IMG/VR virus record: IMGVR_UViG_2541048004_000003
Coordinates: 1 to 64,000 of that record
Strand: one strand, 5' to 3'
Length of the DNA: 64,000 nucleotides
Source of the DNA: a virus
Taxonomy: Duplodnaviria > Caudoviricetes
Of this stretch, positions 9,254 through 19,702 are shown in pieces (the stretch's first letter is position 1; the number at the start of each line of letters is the position of its first letter). The notes below the pieces were generated by a model. That model was not told the origin of the DNA, did not search any database, and saw only the letters and a program-made list of their open reading frames with translations. The position numbers and the translations under genes are program-made.

Positions 9254-10443
9254 ACAATGATTGCATTAGTTTGAAAACCTTGTATCTCATCAATGCACCC
9301 CGTAATAACCGGGAAATACTCACCATTTTTTTTGTAGTTGTGCGAAACCTGCACATCACGACCCGAAATGTCTTCATCAACCGTTCCATCACCCCAAAAT
9401 ATATTCACATACTTTGGTGTTGTTATGTTGATTGTACAACTCTCTGTCGCTTCCGATACACGAATATGCTTCAACACGCGCTTCACGGGTTGTGGCTCTG
9501 TTAGCTTCAACTTGAATGTGCCGACCATCAATTCATCGTTCCACTTCTTCGATACGCTGATTTCGTCCTTGCAATATACTTCGTAGATAAGTGGTTTTAT
9601 CGGGTGAACATCTATTACAAGACGATGTAAGCCACGTTTGTCGAACTGCTGTTCAAATCTCGACATCTGCACAATGAAATCATTCTTTGTCTTAGCCTTT
9701 ATGAAGCAAGAAAGTGTGATTTCTCTTGGCTCGTAATACTTATGGTTCAAATCGACATCTTCACCGTGGTAATTGTCCCAAGATATGCTTGCAAGTTGTT
9801 TCAATTTCGGGCGGTTAAGAACACCGTCTGAATCAGAAACAAATACGCCAAACTCTCTGAAATCTATACCATCAAGCGTGTATGATTGTTGCTTATTAAC
9901 GCTCGAAGCCTGTAACAACTCTTCTTGTGTCAATGCAATATCATACAACTTGACATCATCAAGCAAGCAAAGTCCATATTCACCACCATAATAGTCTTGG
10001 TTTAGCGACACCCCTTGCAACGTTCCTGCTTGTGTTAGTGTCTTAACTAATTGTCCGTTTACAAAGAAGTTGTACAATGTTCCTTGTCGCACCAACGCAA
10101 GACCGAACCACATTTTGGGATTTGCTTCAATAGGGACTTCAATATAGTTATTCAGTCCATCAAAGTTCAACCCCCAAACAAACGCTGTTGGTGTCCCTGT
10201 TTCAACTTCCAACGATTGAACATATAGTGTAATCGTGAATGGAGCATTCAAATTTGAGAAGATTTGCTTTGTTACTTCCCCATATTCAGAACCGGTGAAC
10301 TTGATTGCATTACCATTTCGCCCCGGAACAAATGTTGCCGAATTTACTTGAACGTCTGCACGATTTTGGCTATAATCATACGCCACGTTTGAACCTTTAC
10401 TTTCATCAAAAGGCAAGTTCAAAATGATATTGTTTGCTTCCAT
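9238..10443 (-). CDS. Distal tail-like protein with N-terminal LamG and C-terminal PKD-like domain
   Basis: LPFDESKG..GRNGNAIKF and LLDDVKLYDIALT (LamG); DFREFGVFV..W..YHGED (Dit-like); IFWGDGT..HNY (PKD-like). Confidence 0.7.
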   Translation of the reverse strand: MEANNIILNLPFDESKGSNVAYDYSQNRADVQVNSATFVPGRNGNAIKFTGSEYGEVTKQIFSNLNAPFTITLYVQSLEVETGTPTAFVWGLNFDGLNNYIEVPIEANPKMWFGLALVRQGTLYNFFVNGQLVKTLTQAGTLQGVSLNQDYYGGEYGLCLLDDVKLYDIALTQEELLQASSVNKQQSYTLDGIDFREFGVFVSDSDGVLNRPKLKQLASISWDNYHGEDVDLNHKYYEPREITLSCFIKAKTKNDFIVQMSRFEQQFDKRGLHRLVIDVHPIKPLIYEVYCKDEISVSKKWNDELMVGTFKLKLTEPQPVKRVLKHIRVSEATESCTINITTPKYVNIFWGDGTVDEDISGRDVQVSHNYKKNGEYFPVITGCIDEIQGFQTNAIIVWNKL

Positions 10444-10444
10444 A

Positions 10445-10957
10445 TCAATATGTTTTTTTGTTCTTCTCTACGACCTTGATAACGCTTTCTTCTCGTTCGT
10501 CAAAAGTAAGAGTACCCCCATAGTGATTGATATGTACCTTTGCTTTTCCCGAACTTGTTACGGACACAACCGAGTTGTCGAACATATCAATTTCGACAAA
10601 GGCGTTATCCTCAACAATTATATTTAGGTTCGATTCGTGCTTTGCAAACACTTCGCAAACCTTGTAGCACGTTGCCTTTACACTTCCCTTGGTCTTTCCA
10701 AGCGCAACGCAACGTCTAAAATTCACAAGGCTTACATCATCATCAAGGAATACACCCTTTTCCTCCATTATGCCTTTGAAGTTATCCCGGATATACTCAT
10801 TGTTCGGGAACTCATTAGACAAGCAAAAATCAATACCTCGAATGTACATATCAACCATTGCACGCTTGTCCGTTAGTGATTTCAATTGCTTGTGCCAATC
10901 ATCGCAAATACCTTTGCTCTTTGCTTGCTTGGCAAGTTCTTTTGCTACCTTATTCAT
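10445..10957 (-). CDS. Hypothetical phage tail-region protein
   Basis: 170-aa co-oriented ORF between the tape measure and Dit-like genes. Confidence 0.65.
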   Translation of the reverse strand: MNKVAKELAKQAKSKGICDDWHKQLKSLTDKRAMVDMYIRGIDFCLSNEFPNNEYIRDNFKGIMEEKGVFLDDDVSLVNFRRCVALGKTKGSVKATCYKVCEVFAKHESNLNIIVEDNAFVEIDMFDNSVVSVTSSGKAKVHINHYGGTLTFDEREESVIKVVEKNKKTY

Positions 10958-10976
10958 ATCATTTGATTTTTGTTCA

Positions 10977-13900
10977 TTAAACTAACCCTTGCGACCTCAA
11001 AGGGTCGCTTCCAGCATTCATTGCCTTTAACTCTTTGTGTATTTCGACAAGGAAACGATTGTAAGACGTGTTTTGAGCAATAACAGAAAGCATTGCAAGC
11101 TGTTGCCGCAAGATTGCCGATGCTTCAACCTGATTGATTCGCATTGCGTTCAATTGCCCAGCAACAATACTTGCGGTTTCTTCCGTTACACCCTTAACTG
11201 CACCCGTCAAAGAAGAATCATTTTCAAGTGTAGAAAGATTCAACTTCTCTTTTAGTGCATTGATAGAGCGTTCAAGTGATGGGTATAATCCACCAAGTTC
11301 GCTTGAAAGGCTGTCAATATCGCCTATAACGACATCAAAACCCTTAAATACACCGTTCTTGTCCACCCACTTTGAGGTGTATTTGCTAATAACCTTATCA
11401 ATAGGTTCTTGAAGAACCTTTTGTATCAGCATATTCTTGACAAGATTGTTCACGATATTTTTTACCGTGTCGCCCCAAGCGGTTGCCGCGTCCTTTCCAT
11501 TCTCAAAAGCACTAATGATAGCATCACCCAATTGCGTTGCGATTGCTTTAACATCAGTATCAAGAAGACTTTTCTTCATTCCATCGATGGTGTCTTCAAT
11601 GCTTCTGTTAAGCTCTTTTATTTGCTCTCTCCATTCTCTGATTTTATCATTATCGGTCTTCTTCTTGTCCTGTTCCGCTCGAATCATACCTTGCAACTCA
11701 CGCTGTTGTTGCTTCATATTCTCGATGGACGCTTGTTGATGCTTATACAAGTTTCCTGACAATGCTTTTGATATTTGCCATTCAAGCTCCTTGTATGCAG
11801 ACGTAAGGTTCTTGACGTTCTCTTGGTGCTTTTTGATTGCTCTTTCTGCTCGTCGGTCGTTAGCCCCTGCAAAGTAGTTCACAACCGAACCAATAGCCTT
11901 GATTGCACCACCTACCATCTGCACGGGATTTCCCGACATAAAGCCCATTACCGCATCTTGCGCACCGCTTGCAAACCCATCAAGTGCTTGAATTGCGTGT
12001 CCAACCTCTTCTGTACCCTCTACGCCCAATGATTCAAGCGTGTTTGTTACATCAGATATAATGCCTTTAAGCTGATTACCAGCCTTTCCTGCACTATCAA
12101 ACATACCGGCTAATGCCGCCGTTTTGTCTTGGTCGCTCGTTGCCTTTTTCAAGTCCTCAAAGCCTTTTGTTAAAGCCTTAAATGGGTTTCGCTCCTTGAT
12201 TTCATTCTTTAATTCCTTTACTTTATCTTGTATCACTTTGAAATCTTCCGGCGACAACTCGATTCCGAGAACGGCGGTTTTCCCCTCAATCGTAGCCAGC
12301 AAGCGTTCAAGTTCTCTTGTGCCTATCTCATCAAGGTTTCCAAACATCTTTTCCCAATCGGGGCTTATCTTCATTTCATCAATAGCGAGCTTTGACAATG
12401 CTTCATTTTGTGCTTTGTCAAGTTGTGCCAACATTTCGGTATTACCGTGTTCTTGGGCTTTCTTTCGCTTCTCGCTGAACTCCTCGATAATATCTTCTTT
12501 CTTCTGCTCGAAAGTTCGATATGTTTGCAACATTTGGTCGTATTCAGAATCTCCCGACAACTTGCTATCCTTGTCATACTGCTTCTTTCTGTTAGAAATC
12601 GCCGCATCTATCTTTCGGCGTTCCTCGTCCGTGGTTGCCTTTGCTCTTGCTTTTTCAAGCAAAGCCAAGTCGTTGCTATACTCCAAGTCAAGTTTTATCT
12701 TCTTGTCAAGGTATGAAGCGTAATCATCAAGCAACTTCTTGGTTTCCTCCTCTTGCTTTTGCAACGCATTCTTTTCTGCATCGTCCAACGCTTGCTTCTT
12801 GTCATTATCAACGTCCGTTCCGTCTTCTGCAAGCTCCTTTCGCTTCTGCGCAATGATATTCAAAATATCAAGCGCTGTCTTTGCATTGCCTAATTGCGTG
12901 GCAAGTTCTTCATTGAATGCTTCAAGAACCGTCTTCTTCGTTTCTTCCGCAATTTGGTCGTTCAATGTGCGTAATCTATTGATTTGCTCCTTGCTCCTAT
13001 TCTCAACATCAACCGAAAGGATAATATCACGTTGCTTCTTCAAGTAGTCAATATAAGTTGCACCTTGTGCAAGTAATCCACTAAATTCAGAAGCAGCGGA
13101 CTTCACCAGCACTTCATCACCTGAATTTACCCACTTCTTGAAGCGTTCATATTCTGCTTTCCTCTTTTCTAATTGCTCAACAAAGGGGTCTTTATCGCTC
13201 TTTGATGTGGTCTTCTTGGTAGGCTTTTCAAGTTGCTTCTGCAAGGCTTCAATTTCCTTGTTTGCCTTATTCCATTCTGCTGAATTAGGCACTAAGTCCT
13301 TTAATGCTTCCTGCTTCTCTGAAATAGCTTGCTCGATAGCCCCAACAGTGCCTTTTGCGTATGTCTTAACTGCATTGATACCTGATTGCTTCATTTCTTT
13401 TAGGGCGGCGGTTTCTTCTTCCGTTGCCTTTTTATACCCGTCTCGAATTTCGGCATTAAGGTCGTCAATTTCCTTTTTCTTTTCCTTTTTAGCGGTATTC
13501 TCTACTTGTATATAATATCCCGTGCCAAATGAACTCGTCTGAACCCATTGGCTTCTTGTGTCGGACATTGATTCGTATTCGGCTTGAAGTTCCATTTGCT
13601 TCTTGACCTTTTCGGCGGCTTGCTGGCTATAAACCAACGCTTTTGCTTTTGCTATTTGAGCCGATATAAATGCTTCCTTGTTGTTTATAAGCAAGTTTTC
13701 TGCATCACGAACATTCGTAACAGATACACCGAGTTCATCAAATGCCTTTTTGTTGTCTTTAATGAACTGTTCTTTTTCCTTGATGTTATCCCCAAGTGCG
13801 GTGTATTTTACGGAAAGTTCTTCAACCTTGCCTATTGGTTTATAACACCCCTCAATCATAGCCTTGCTAAACTCCTCTTGTGCTTTCTTTGCTTCCCTTG

Positions 13901-15056
13901 CTTTGCTTGAAAAGTGAGATACAAGGGCTATCAATGCAGAGATACCAGCAAGAACCCATCCGAAAACAGGTATTGATTTGATAGCAAGACCAACGGCACG
14001 AAATGCACCAGCAAGGGTGAAGTTTGCTACCGTCCCTGCTGTTGCCGCTGCTGCTTGTGCGCCCGTGGCAACCGTATTAGCCCCTTGTACTACCGTGCTT
14101 TGTGCTGTTGCCGTTGCTTGTGCTTGTTGTGCGGTGGTATTAGCAACCGTTGCGGCGGTTTCTGCCGTTTCTGCAACTGTTGCTTTTGCGACTATCCCCG
14201 CCCACCATTCTTTAAGACCATTGAGCGTTACGAGCTGAAACGCACTATCTTTATTCAAGGTCTGTGCGACCGACTGCATACCCATTGCAATCGCCATCAC
14301 ACTTTGAACCTTTGTCATTACCTTTTGCAGATTTTCGTTTTCTCCTGCAAATAATGATATAGCCCCCGTTGCGGCTGAAAATGCACCTGAAAGCCCTGAA
14401 AGCCCCTGAATGAAGCCTTGAAACTTAGCTTCATCATTGGCAAGAATTTTACCTTGTTGTGCAATGTCGCCTTGAATATCTTGCAAGCGTCCTAACTCAT
14501 TAACAAGGGCTTTGTATGCTTCGCTTTGCTCATCAATTCCTTGGTCAATAAGCATTGCCATTTCCTCTTTTAGTTCTTTAATTCGGAAACGCAAGGATTG
14601 ATGTGCTTTTGCGTTTTCTTCAACTTGTCTTGTTGCTTCTTCGCGCTTTGCGGCTTCCTTTTCAAGCTCATTAGACAAGTTGCGTGCTTCTTCAAGTGCT
14701 TGTTTACGCACCGCAATTTCTCCTTGAATACCTGCACGAGTTTCTTCTATTGCCCGGTATTCTTCATCACGTCCAGCCATAAAAGCCGCACTTGCTTCTT
14801 GACCAAGTTGCACATATTGCCCCGTGAGTTCCCCAAGTTTCGTTTCGTGTATCTCACACGCTTGCCCTATTTTTCCAAGAGCGTCCCTAATGCCATCGGT
14901 CGTTTGCATAAATGCCTTGTCCATCTGTTTACCTCCGGCAACCGTTGCATCTGACAAGCCTTGTACACGGCGCAATGTTTCTTCAATTGCGCTGTTCATT
15001 TGGTCGTTCTCCATTACGGATTTGAACGATAATGCACCTCCGTCTATATTTGCCAT
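10977..15056 (-). CDS. Tail tape measure protein
   Basis: 1359 aa, helical, Ala/Lys/Glu-rich, follows the tail assembly chaperones. Confidence 0.9.
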   Translation of the reverse strand: MANIDGGALSFKSVMENDQMNSAIEETLRRVQGLSDATVAGGKQMDKAFMQTTDGIRDALGKIGQACEIHETKLGELTGQYVQLGQEASAAFMAGRDEEYRAIEETRAGIQGEIAVRKQALEEARNLSNELEKEAAKREEATRQVEENAKAHQSLRFRIKELKEEMAMLIDQGIDEQSEAYKALVNELGRLQDIQGDIAQQGKILANDEAKFQGFIQGLSGLSGAFSAATGAISLFAGENENLQKVMTKVQSVMAIAMGMQSVAQTLNKDSAFQLVTLNGLKEWWAGIVAKATVAETAETAATVANTTAQQAQATATAQSTVVQGANTVATGAQAAAATAGTVANFTLAGAFRAVGLAIKSIPVFGWVLAGISALIALVSHFSSKAREAKKAQEEFSKAMIEGCYKPIGKVEELSVKYTALGDNIKEKEQFIKDNKKAFDELGVSVTNVRDAENLLINNKEAFISAQIAKAKALVYSQQAAEKVKKQMELQAEYESMSDTRSQWVQTSSFGTGYYIQVENTAKKEKKKEIDDLNAEIRDGYKKATEEETAALKEMKQSGINAVKTYAKGTVGAIEQAISEKQEALKDLVPNSAEWNKANKEIEALQKQLEKPTKKTTSKSDKDPFVEQLEKRKAEYERFKKWVNSGDEVLVKSAASEFSGLLAQGATYIDYLKKQRDIILSVDVENRSKEQINRLRTLNDQIAEETKKTVLEAFNEELATQLGNAKTALDILNIIAQKRKELAEDGTDVDNDKKQALDDAEKNALQKQEEETKKLLDDYASYLDKKIKLDLEYSNDLALLEKARAKATTDEERRKIDAAISNRKKQYDKDSKLSGDSEYDQMLQTYRTFEQKKEDIIEEFSEKRKKAQEHGNTEMLAQLDKAQNEALSKLAIDEMKISPDWEKMFGNLDEIGTRELERLLATIEGKTAVLGIELSPEDFKVIQDKVKELKNEIKERNPFKALTKGFEDLKKATSDQDKTAALAGMFDSAGKAGNQLKGIISDVTNTLESLGVEGTEEVGHAIQALDGFASGAQDAVMGFMSGNPVQMVGGAIKAIGSVVNYFAGANDRRAERAIKKHQENVKNLTSAYKELEWQISKALSGNLYKHQQASIENMKQQQRELQGMIRAEQDKKKTDNDKIREWREQIKELNRSIEDTIDGMKKSLLDTDVKAIATQLGDAIISAFENGKDAATAWGDTVKNIVNNLVKNMLIQKVLQEPIDKVISKYTSKWVDKNGVFKGFDVVIGDIDSLSSELGGLYPSLERSINALKEKLNLSTLENDSSLTGAVKGVTEETASIVAGQLNAMRINQVEASAILRQQLAMLSVIAQNTSYNRFLVEIHKELKAMNAGSDPLRSQGLV

Positions 15057-15258
15057 TACATCAAGCTGTTTACATAATCCATAATATCGTCCCTATTGTG
15101 TTCAGACAAGACAATTTCTTCTTCATCGTCGTTAAAGTCATAGCTTGGTGCATCAAGCATCATTTTCTGCACAATAGACCACGCAATTCCGTTTGTAAGA
15201 TAGTCCAACGTCCAACCGAAATGGGCGCAAATTGCACCGCGCCTACCGTGCGGACTTC
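15056..15258 (-). CDS. Tail assembly chaperone T segment (probably reached by -1 frameshift)
   Basis: Open -1 frame continuing from G GGT TAA at the G stop: GLRSPHGRRGAICAHFGWTLDYL..; no nearby start codon. Confidence 0.6.
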
Positions 15259-15831
15259 TTAACCCTCGTTGCTTTCCTCTATCCGAATTGGTATTGTTGT
15301 TCGGTCGGCGGACATCAACCGAATAGAGTTCAAAAAATCCCCTAAATTGCACATTGCGTTGATTAGCACATAGAGTTGATACAATTCAGATGGTTTGATT
15401 TGCCGGGCAAATAGTCTTGCCAATTCTTCAAGGCGTTTCGTGTCCTCTTCGTATCTAACAATCCCACCATTTCCCGCTTTCGGTATAAGGTAATCAGAAC
15501 CAAGAACCGCAAGCGCAATAACCTTTGCACACCGCAAGGCGTGCTTTTTTGTCATAATTCGGGCTTGAAGCATACCATCTGTACTTTTGATTGCTTCTTC
15601 ATCAATCGCCATTTCAACCCATTCAGAAGAAAGGCGGTCAAGCGTACCAAGTGTAGGTTCTTCGATTACGAAGTTCCGTGTGATAGGTACAAGGACTTTC
15701 TTCTTGAATAGCCCCCACAAATATGTTTTGTGTCGAACTTCGACATCTTGCACCTCAAACGACACCCCCCTACCGATTAGGGCGTTCAGTTCCGAACGTT
15801 CTTGTTCAAGTGCTTTCTTTGCTTCTTCCAT
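15259..15831 (-). CDS. Tail assembly chaperone (gpG-like)
   Basis: 190 aa between the major tail and tape measure genes; similar to 58091-58564. Confidence 0.75.
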   Translation of the reverse strand: MEEAKKALEQERSELNALIGRGVSFEVQDVEVRHKTYLWGLFKKKVLVPITRNFVIEEPTLGTLDRLSSEWVEMAIDEEAIKSTDGMLQARIMTKKHALRCAKVIALAVLGSDYLIPKAGNGGIVRYEEDTKRLEELARLFARQIKPSELYQLYVLINAMCNLGDFLNSIRLMSADRTTIPIRIEESNEG

Positions 15832-15850
15832 ACAACATTATTAAAAGGAA

Positions 15851-15886
15851 AGGAAGCCCCGAACACACACGGGGTTGGGGCTTCCT
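15851..15886 (-). terminator. Intrinsic terminator/attenuator after the major tail gene
   Basis: AGGAAGCCCC / GGGGCTTCCT stem followed by a T-rich tract on the minus strand. Confidence 0.7.
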
Positions 15887-15910
15887 AAAACAACAATGAA
15901 AAAGAATTAC

Positions 15911-16420
15911 TTATGCCTCCTTGGGGTCATAAGAACGAAGTGCCTTGCCTGCCGACACTGCCAAAGGCGTAACGGTGAAATCAACAAGGAAGATTCCCTT
16001 TGCCGACATATCAGCATTTACAACTGCTTCAATGTCCGCATTCGGAATTTCAAAGTAAAGACCTTGTTCTGACTTGACAAGGATAGAACGGTTTTCTACT
16101 GTTTCGCTTCCATCGAAAGCCCACTTTGTCTTCTCTGAACCTGCTTTGTTAACCTTTGTACCACCGACATAAGCAACGAGTGTGTCAATGTCAGCGTCCA
16201 TAATACTGAACGTGAACTTGGGAATCTTCTTTGACTTCTTGCGTACTTCGGGGGCTGAACGTCCCTCCTCGAAGTGTTCTGTAACTTCTGCCGCGTCTTG
16301 ATTGAGCTTGGCGGTGTCCTTATACGTCTTGCCAATCTTCTTCATTGTAGAAGCTGCTGGCATTGTTCCGTTTGGTGCGGCTGCACCCACCAAGATTTCA
16401 CTTAAACCTAACGTAATCAT
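15911..16420 (-). CDS. Major tail (tube) protein
   Basis: Position after the tail-completion genes, followed by a terminator; likely start MITLGL at 16420 (ORF track start 16453). Confidence 0.75.
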   Translation of the reverse strand: MITLGLSEILVGAAAPNGTMPAASTMKKIGKTYKDTAKLNQDAAEVTEHFEEGRSAPEVRKKSKKIPKFTFSIMDADIDTLVAYVGGTKVNKAGSEKTKWAFDGSETVENRSILVKSEQGLYFEIPNADIEAVVNADMSAKGIFLVDFTVTPLAVSAGKALRSYDPKEA

Positions 16421-16431
16421 ACTATTATATT

Positions 16432-16848
16432 TTAATATGTTTGTATATTCCAAGCGATACGAATGTTGCAGAAGTGTTGTTTAATGCTCGCTTCTTGCAG
16501 AATTGATTGGCTTTCAGGAATCAACTTCAACCCATCAATCCTCGAACCTCGCAACACGTCTAAAACAATCCTTGTCAGCTCTGATAACTTCTCGTGATTA
16601 GGCTTCAACTGCTCTGTTCCCTTAATCCGTCGCTTCTTGTCAGCCACATAGATGTTCACATTACTTGTTGCTATTTGTGGCAAGAAGTCTTGTGTCATCG
16701 TTATAGTGTTAATAACAACGTCTTCATCGGTTGAGCCGTCGGGGCGGTCGTTCTGATAGTAGATTCCGCCTTTTATCGCGCTTTTCAACTCTCTTGAACC
16801 ACTCAACAACTCAAAAACAATCTTGTCTATATCAAAGGAAGTCTTCAT
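16432..16848 (-). CDS. Tail terminator/completion protein
   Basis: Canonical neck gene order; IYYQNDRP and NVNIYVAD segments. Confidence 0.6.
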   Translation of the reverse strand: MKTSFDIDKIVFELLSGSRELKSAIKGGIYYQNDRPDGSTDEDVVINTITMTQDFLPQIATSNVNIYVADKKRRIKGTEQLKPNHEKLSELTRIVLDVLRGSRIDGLKLIPESQSILQEASIKQHFCNIRIAWNIQTY

Positions 16849-17306
16849 TCTGCCGCTTTTTTGATGTTATCAATCAACTTTTCAAGCATTCGGGGCAACT
16901 CTCTTTCCGCCAATTGCTCTGCACTCGCAATCACATCACGCCCCCGGCTTTCAACATATAGGGCATAATTCATTCCTGCTGTTACAACAAGGCAAACGCC
17001 ATTTGTGCGTTCACCAATCTTTGCAGAAAGTTCTTGCCCTGCCTTTGCTCCGATAGTTCCACCGCCTACTTCGTTGTACAAAGTATGCACGGCAACGCCA
17101 TCAACGAACACGGCATAACCGATAGAAGAACGTAGGTTGCCTGTTTGGTCTTCAAAACCTTGTTCTTTCGGTATGGAGCGTGCGTGGTTTACACACATTT
17201 CCCCCAGCTTCTGCAATCGTTTGATTTGCTGTTCTTGAATTTGCCCCAAGAACGCATCGAAACGTTCTTGAACCTCTTCTTTTGTGAATTGTGCTTCTAT
17301 ACCCAT
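16845..17306 (-). CDS. HK97 gp10-like tail completion protein
   Basis: DQTGNLRSSIGY and YALYVE motifs. Confidence 0.75.
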   Translation of the reverse strand: MGIEAQFTKEEVQERFDAFLGQIQEQQIKRLQKLGEMCVNHARSIPKEQGFEDQTGNLRSSIGYAVFVDGVAVHTLYNEVGGGTIGAKAGQELSAKIGERTNGVCLVVTAGMNYALYVESRGRDVIASAEQLAERELPRMLEKLIDNIKKAAE

Positions 17307-17626
17307 AGCCGTGAATGCAATTGTCCTTTGTCAAATTTCAATGCAACCCCCTTTATGCGGACATCTGAACCATCTTCATGGTTTGACACAAATACACTTG
17401 TACCCTCATCTATCGTCAAAGCCCCCTTGGGTATCTGAATGATAGCCGAATACTTGCGATAAGTACCATCGGCGGTCTGAATCTCCGAACCTCGACCATC
17501 GGTTTCCTCTCTACACATTGATAAGAATATAGTTTGTTGGTCTTCATCAGACCAACGCCCGTCTTCCCCTTGTGTTGATTCTCCCGTTATCAAGGCAAAC
17601 AAGTAGTGTGGGTATTGCTTTACCAT
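17297..17626 (-). CDS. Head closure/stopper protein
   Basis: Beta-rich 109 aa between connector and gp10-like genes. Confidence 0.55.
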   Translation of the reverse strand: MVKQYPHYLFALITGESTQGEDGRWSDEDQQTIFLSMCREETDGRGSEIQTADGTYRKYSAIIQIPKGALTIDEGTSVFVSNHEDGSDVRIKGVALKFDKGQLHSRLWV

Positions 17627-17934
17627 AAGTTTGACCTGTTGCGGATTTTTGGACGAGCAAACAACACATTGTCAAGCCCTAATTCATTGCAAAGTGCATT
17701 GTAATAGAGTTTCACGGCTTCAACATTCCAAGAGATTGAATACCCACCCTCTGAAACGTTCAGCATTACCCCTTTTAGGATAACCGACATTCTTTGATAG
17801 GTTGCGACATCACACGCACGAACGTCTGCTTCTGCTTCACCGTCAAGTGATGCTTTCAGCAAAACAATGTCGATGTCGTCTTCTGAAATGTTCAGCCCCG
17901 AAAGTGCCTTGGTCAAGTATTGTTTGTTTGTCAT
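17620..17934 (-). CDS. Head-tail connector protein
   Basis: Helical 104 aa after the capsid gene; SEGGYSISW motif. Confidence 0.6.
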   Translation of the reverse strand: MTNKQYLTKALSGLNISEDDIDIVLLKASLDGEAEADVRACDVATYQRMSVILKGVMLNVSEGGYSISWNVEAVKLYYNALCNELGLDNVLFARPKIRNRSNLW

Positions 17935-17960
17935 TGCTCCTGATTGATTTTATAGGCTTA

Positions 17961-17984
17961 GGTGGGTATAGTTAAATACCCACC
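17961..17984 (-). terminator. Hairpin after the major capsid gene
   Basis: GGTGGGTAT / ATACCCACC inverted repeat just after the stop at 17994. Confidence 0.5.
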
Positions 17985-17993
17985 CTTGCCTTG

Positions 17994-19097
17994 TTAGTTC
18001 TTGTTCCAAGAAGTTGCGTTTACCTGCATAAGAACCGAGCGACCAGCCAAGTTCCACGCTGGGAAAAGGTTACTGATACCCTCCGTTACCTCCTGCACTG
18101 GGCTTTCAGTCGAATACTTCTTGATAAGCGTATGTCCATGCATCACCTTTTCGGCAACACTTCCGGGCATCTTCTTGGCATCAATAGGACGCTTCCAATA
18201 GGTGTTGCCAAGAACCTTGCTTTCAGAGAAAAGAATAACATCATCTTCAAACGGATTTGAAGTGCTGCGCGTACCGTCGGCAAGCTCAATCGTAATATCT
18301 TGGTCGATAACAACGATTTGAAGCCCCTTGTACAGCTCTTTCTTCTTCGCAAGATAGGCATTCACCGTTTGCAAGTCGGGCGTGTCTGTTGCCCCCGTGA
18401 TGCTCTCAATCAGTGTTGCACACTTCTTGACAACCTCTTCTTGTGATGCGAACTTAGCAAACGTATCAACGTTCATAAACATAAACTTGTAGTTTGCCCC
18501 TACGCTCTTTCCTTTCTTCAAGGCTGATGGAATATCCTTACTCAAAGGCTTGCCCGATGTTCCAGACGCATAAGATGTTGCGACACCGATTTTCTGTTCT
18601 TTCGGAATCAGATAATCCACGTCATACTCGGTTACGATAGCCGCATTGTTTGAGTTCGTGAACTTCACCTTACCAAGTGAAATTTGACGAAGTGCAATCC
18701 ATTCTGCACGAGCTGCGACACCGTCCCAACAGAACTTCGTGTCTTCCGCCCAAAACTCAACAAGTGCTTTCAGGTCGGGATTATCACCCGCCATTGCAAC
18801 CATAATATCGTATTCCGTCAATTCGTCCTCGTTCTTTTCACGAGAAATTGAAATCTTAGGAATATCGCCTTGAATGCGACTAATAGCATCACGCATCTTC
18901 TTGGGAATTGTCGCACCTCGTGAAACAAGGTCGGCAGCAATCTTCAAGCCTGCTTGTGCTTCAAGCATCTTCCAATCAAGGCGGTTCGTTTCTTTCAGGG
19001 GGAAAAGAGTAGGATAGTAATAATCCTTTAAGTCGTAAGTGTGAATTACGGCTTCCATATTCTTTTCGTCCAACCCTACCATCAATGATTTTTGCAT
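17994..19097 (-). CDS. Major capsid protein (Phage capsid E-like)
   Basis: 367 aa after scaffold and decoration genes; TLFP, IPKISISR and ALRQISLGK segments. Confidence 0.85.
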   Translation of the reverse strand: MQKSLMVGLDEKNMEAVIHTYDLKDYYYPTLFPLKETNRLDWKMLEAQAGLKIAADLVSRGATIPKKMRDAISRIQGDIPKISISREKNEDELTEYDIMVAMAGDNPDLKALVEFWAEDTKFCWDGVAARAEWIALRQISLGKVKFTNSNNAAIVTEYDVDYLIPKEQKIGVATSYASGTSGKPLSKDIPSALKKGKSVGANYKFMFMNVDTFAKFASQEEVVKKCATLIESITGATDTPDLQTVNAYLAKKKELYKGLQIVVIDQDITIELADGTRSTSNPFEDDVILFSESKVLGNTYWKRPIDAKKMPGSVAEKVMHGHTLIKKYSTESPVQEVTEGISNLFPAWNLAGRSVLMQVNATSWNKN

Positions 19098-19116
19098 ACT
19101 GATAAATTGTTAAGGG

Positions 19117-19683
19117 TTACACATATACCACACCTTTAAGTGCAGCCTTGATAACATCATTTGTTGCGGGTGCATTACCGTCTTGAACAACACAAATCAC
19201 CCAAGCTGACACCCAAAGGTTTTCGCCATTATCAACGTCTTCATTTGAGCCTGCAATGGCGATAGGGGTTACTTTAAGGGTTGTGTTTGCTCCCTTGCTT
19301 TCAAAAGCACAATCCCCAGCCTTTACAACCTTTCCAAGCGTTGTTTGAACGGTGATAACGTCCTTTGCTTCATCGTTTCTGTCGATAGACGTAATCACTT
19401 GACCCGCACAATCATTAGCCGCAAATCGGTCGCCCACCTTGAAGTGGTGTCCTTTTGCTACTTCATAGGTCGTTGCGTTCGCTTCGGCTTGCGTAAGAAC
19501 CTTTGCGGTTTTGCAAACATCGAACAAACCGCCATTTCCTTTGCCGATAGGTGTACCCTCCAAGAGTGAAGAACCACCCAAATTAGCAACCGAAACGCCT
19601 ACACCGCCGGGAATGTCTGCCGTGCGATGAAGAATGCACTTCACAACGCGGTTGTCTTTCTTTCGTTTGATAGTCATACCCAT
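19117..19683 (-). CDS. Head decoration protein
   Basis: Beta-rich 188 aa between scaffold and capsid; IPGGVGV..EGTPIG motif. Confidence 0.65.
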   Translation of the reverse strand: MGMTIKRKKDNRVVKCILHRTADIPGGVGVSVANLGGSSLLEGTPIGKGNGGLFDVCKTAKVLTQAEANATTYEVAKGHHFKVGDRFAANDCAGQVITSIDRNDEAKDVITVQTTLGKVVKAGDCAFESKGANTTLKVTPIAIAGSNEDVDNGENLWVSAWVICVVQDGNAPATNDVIKAALKGVVYV

Positions 19684-19702
19684 AGTTGTATTACTTTACT
19701 TG

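Noticed and set aside
13978-14354. Ala/Thr-rich repetitive stretch and its plus-strand ORFs
   Set aside because: Ordinary low-complexity segment of the tape measure protein.
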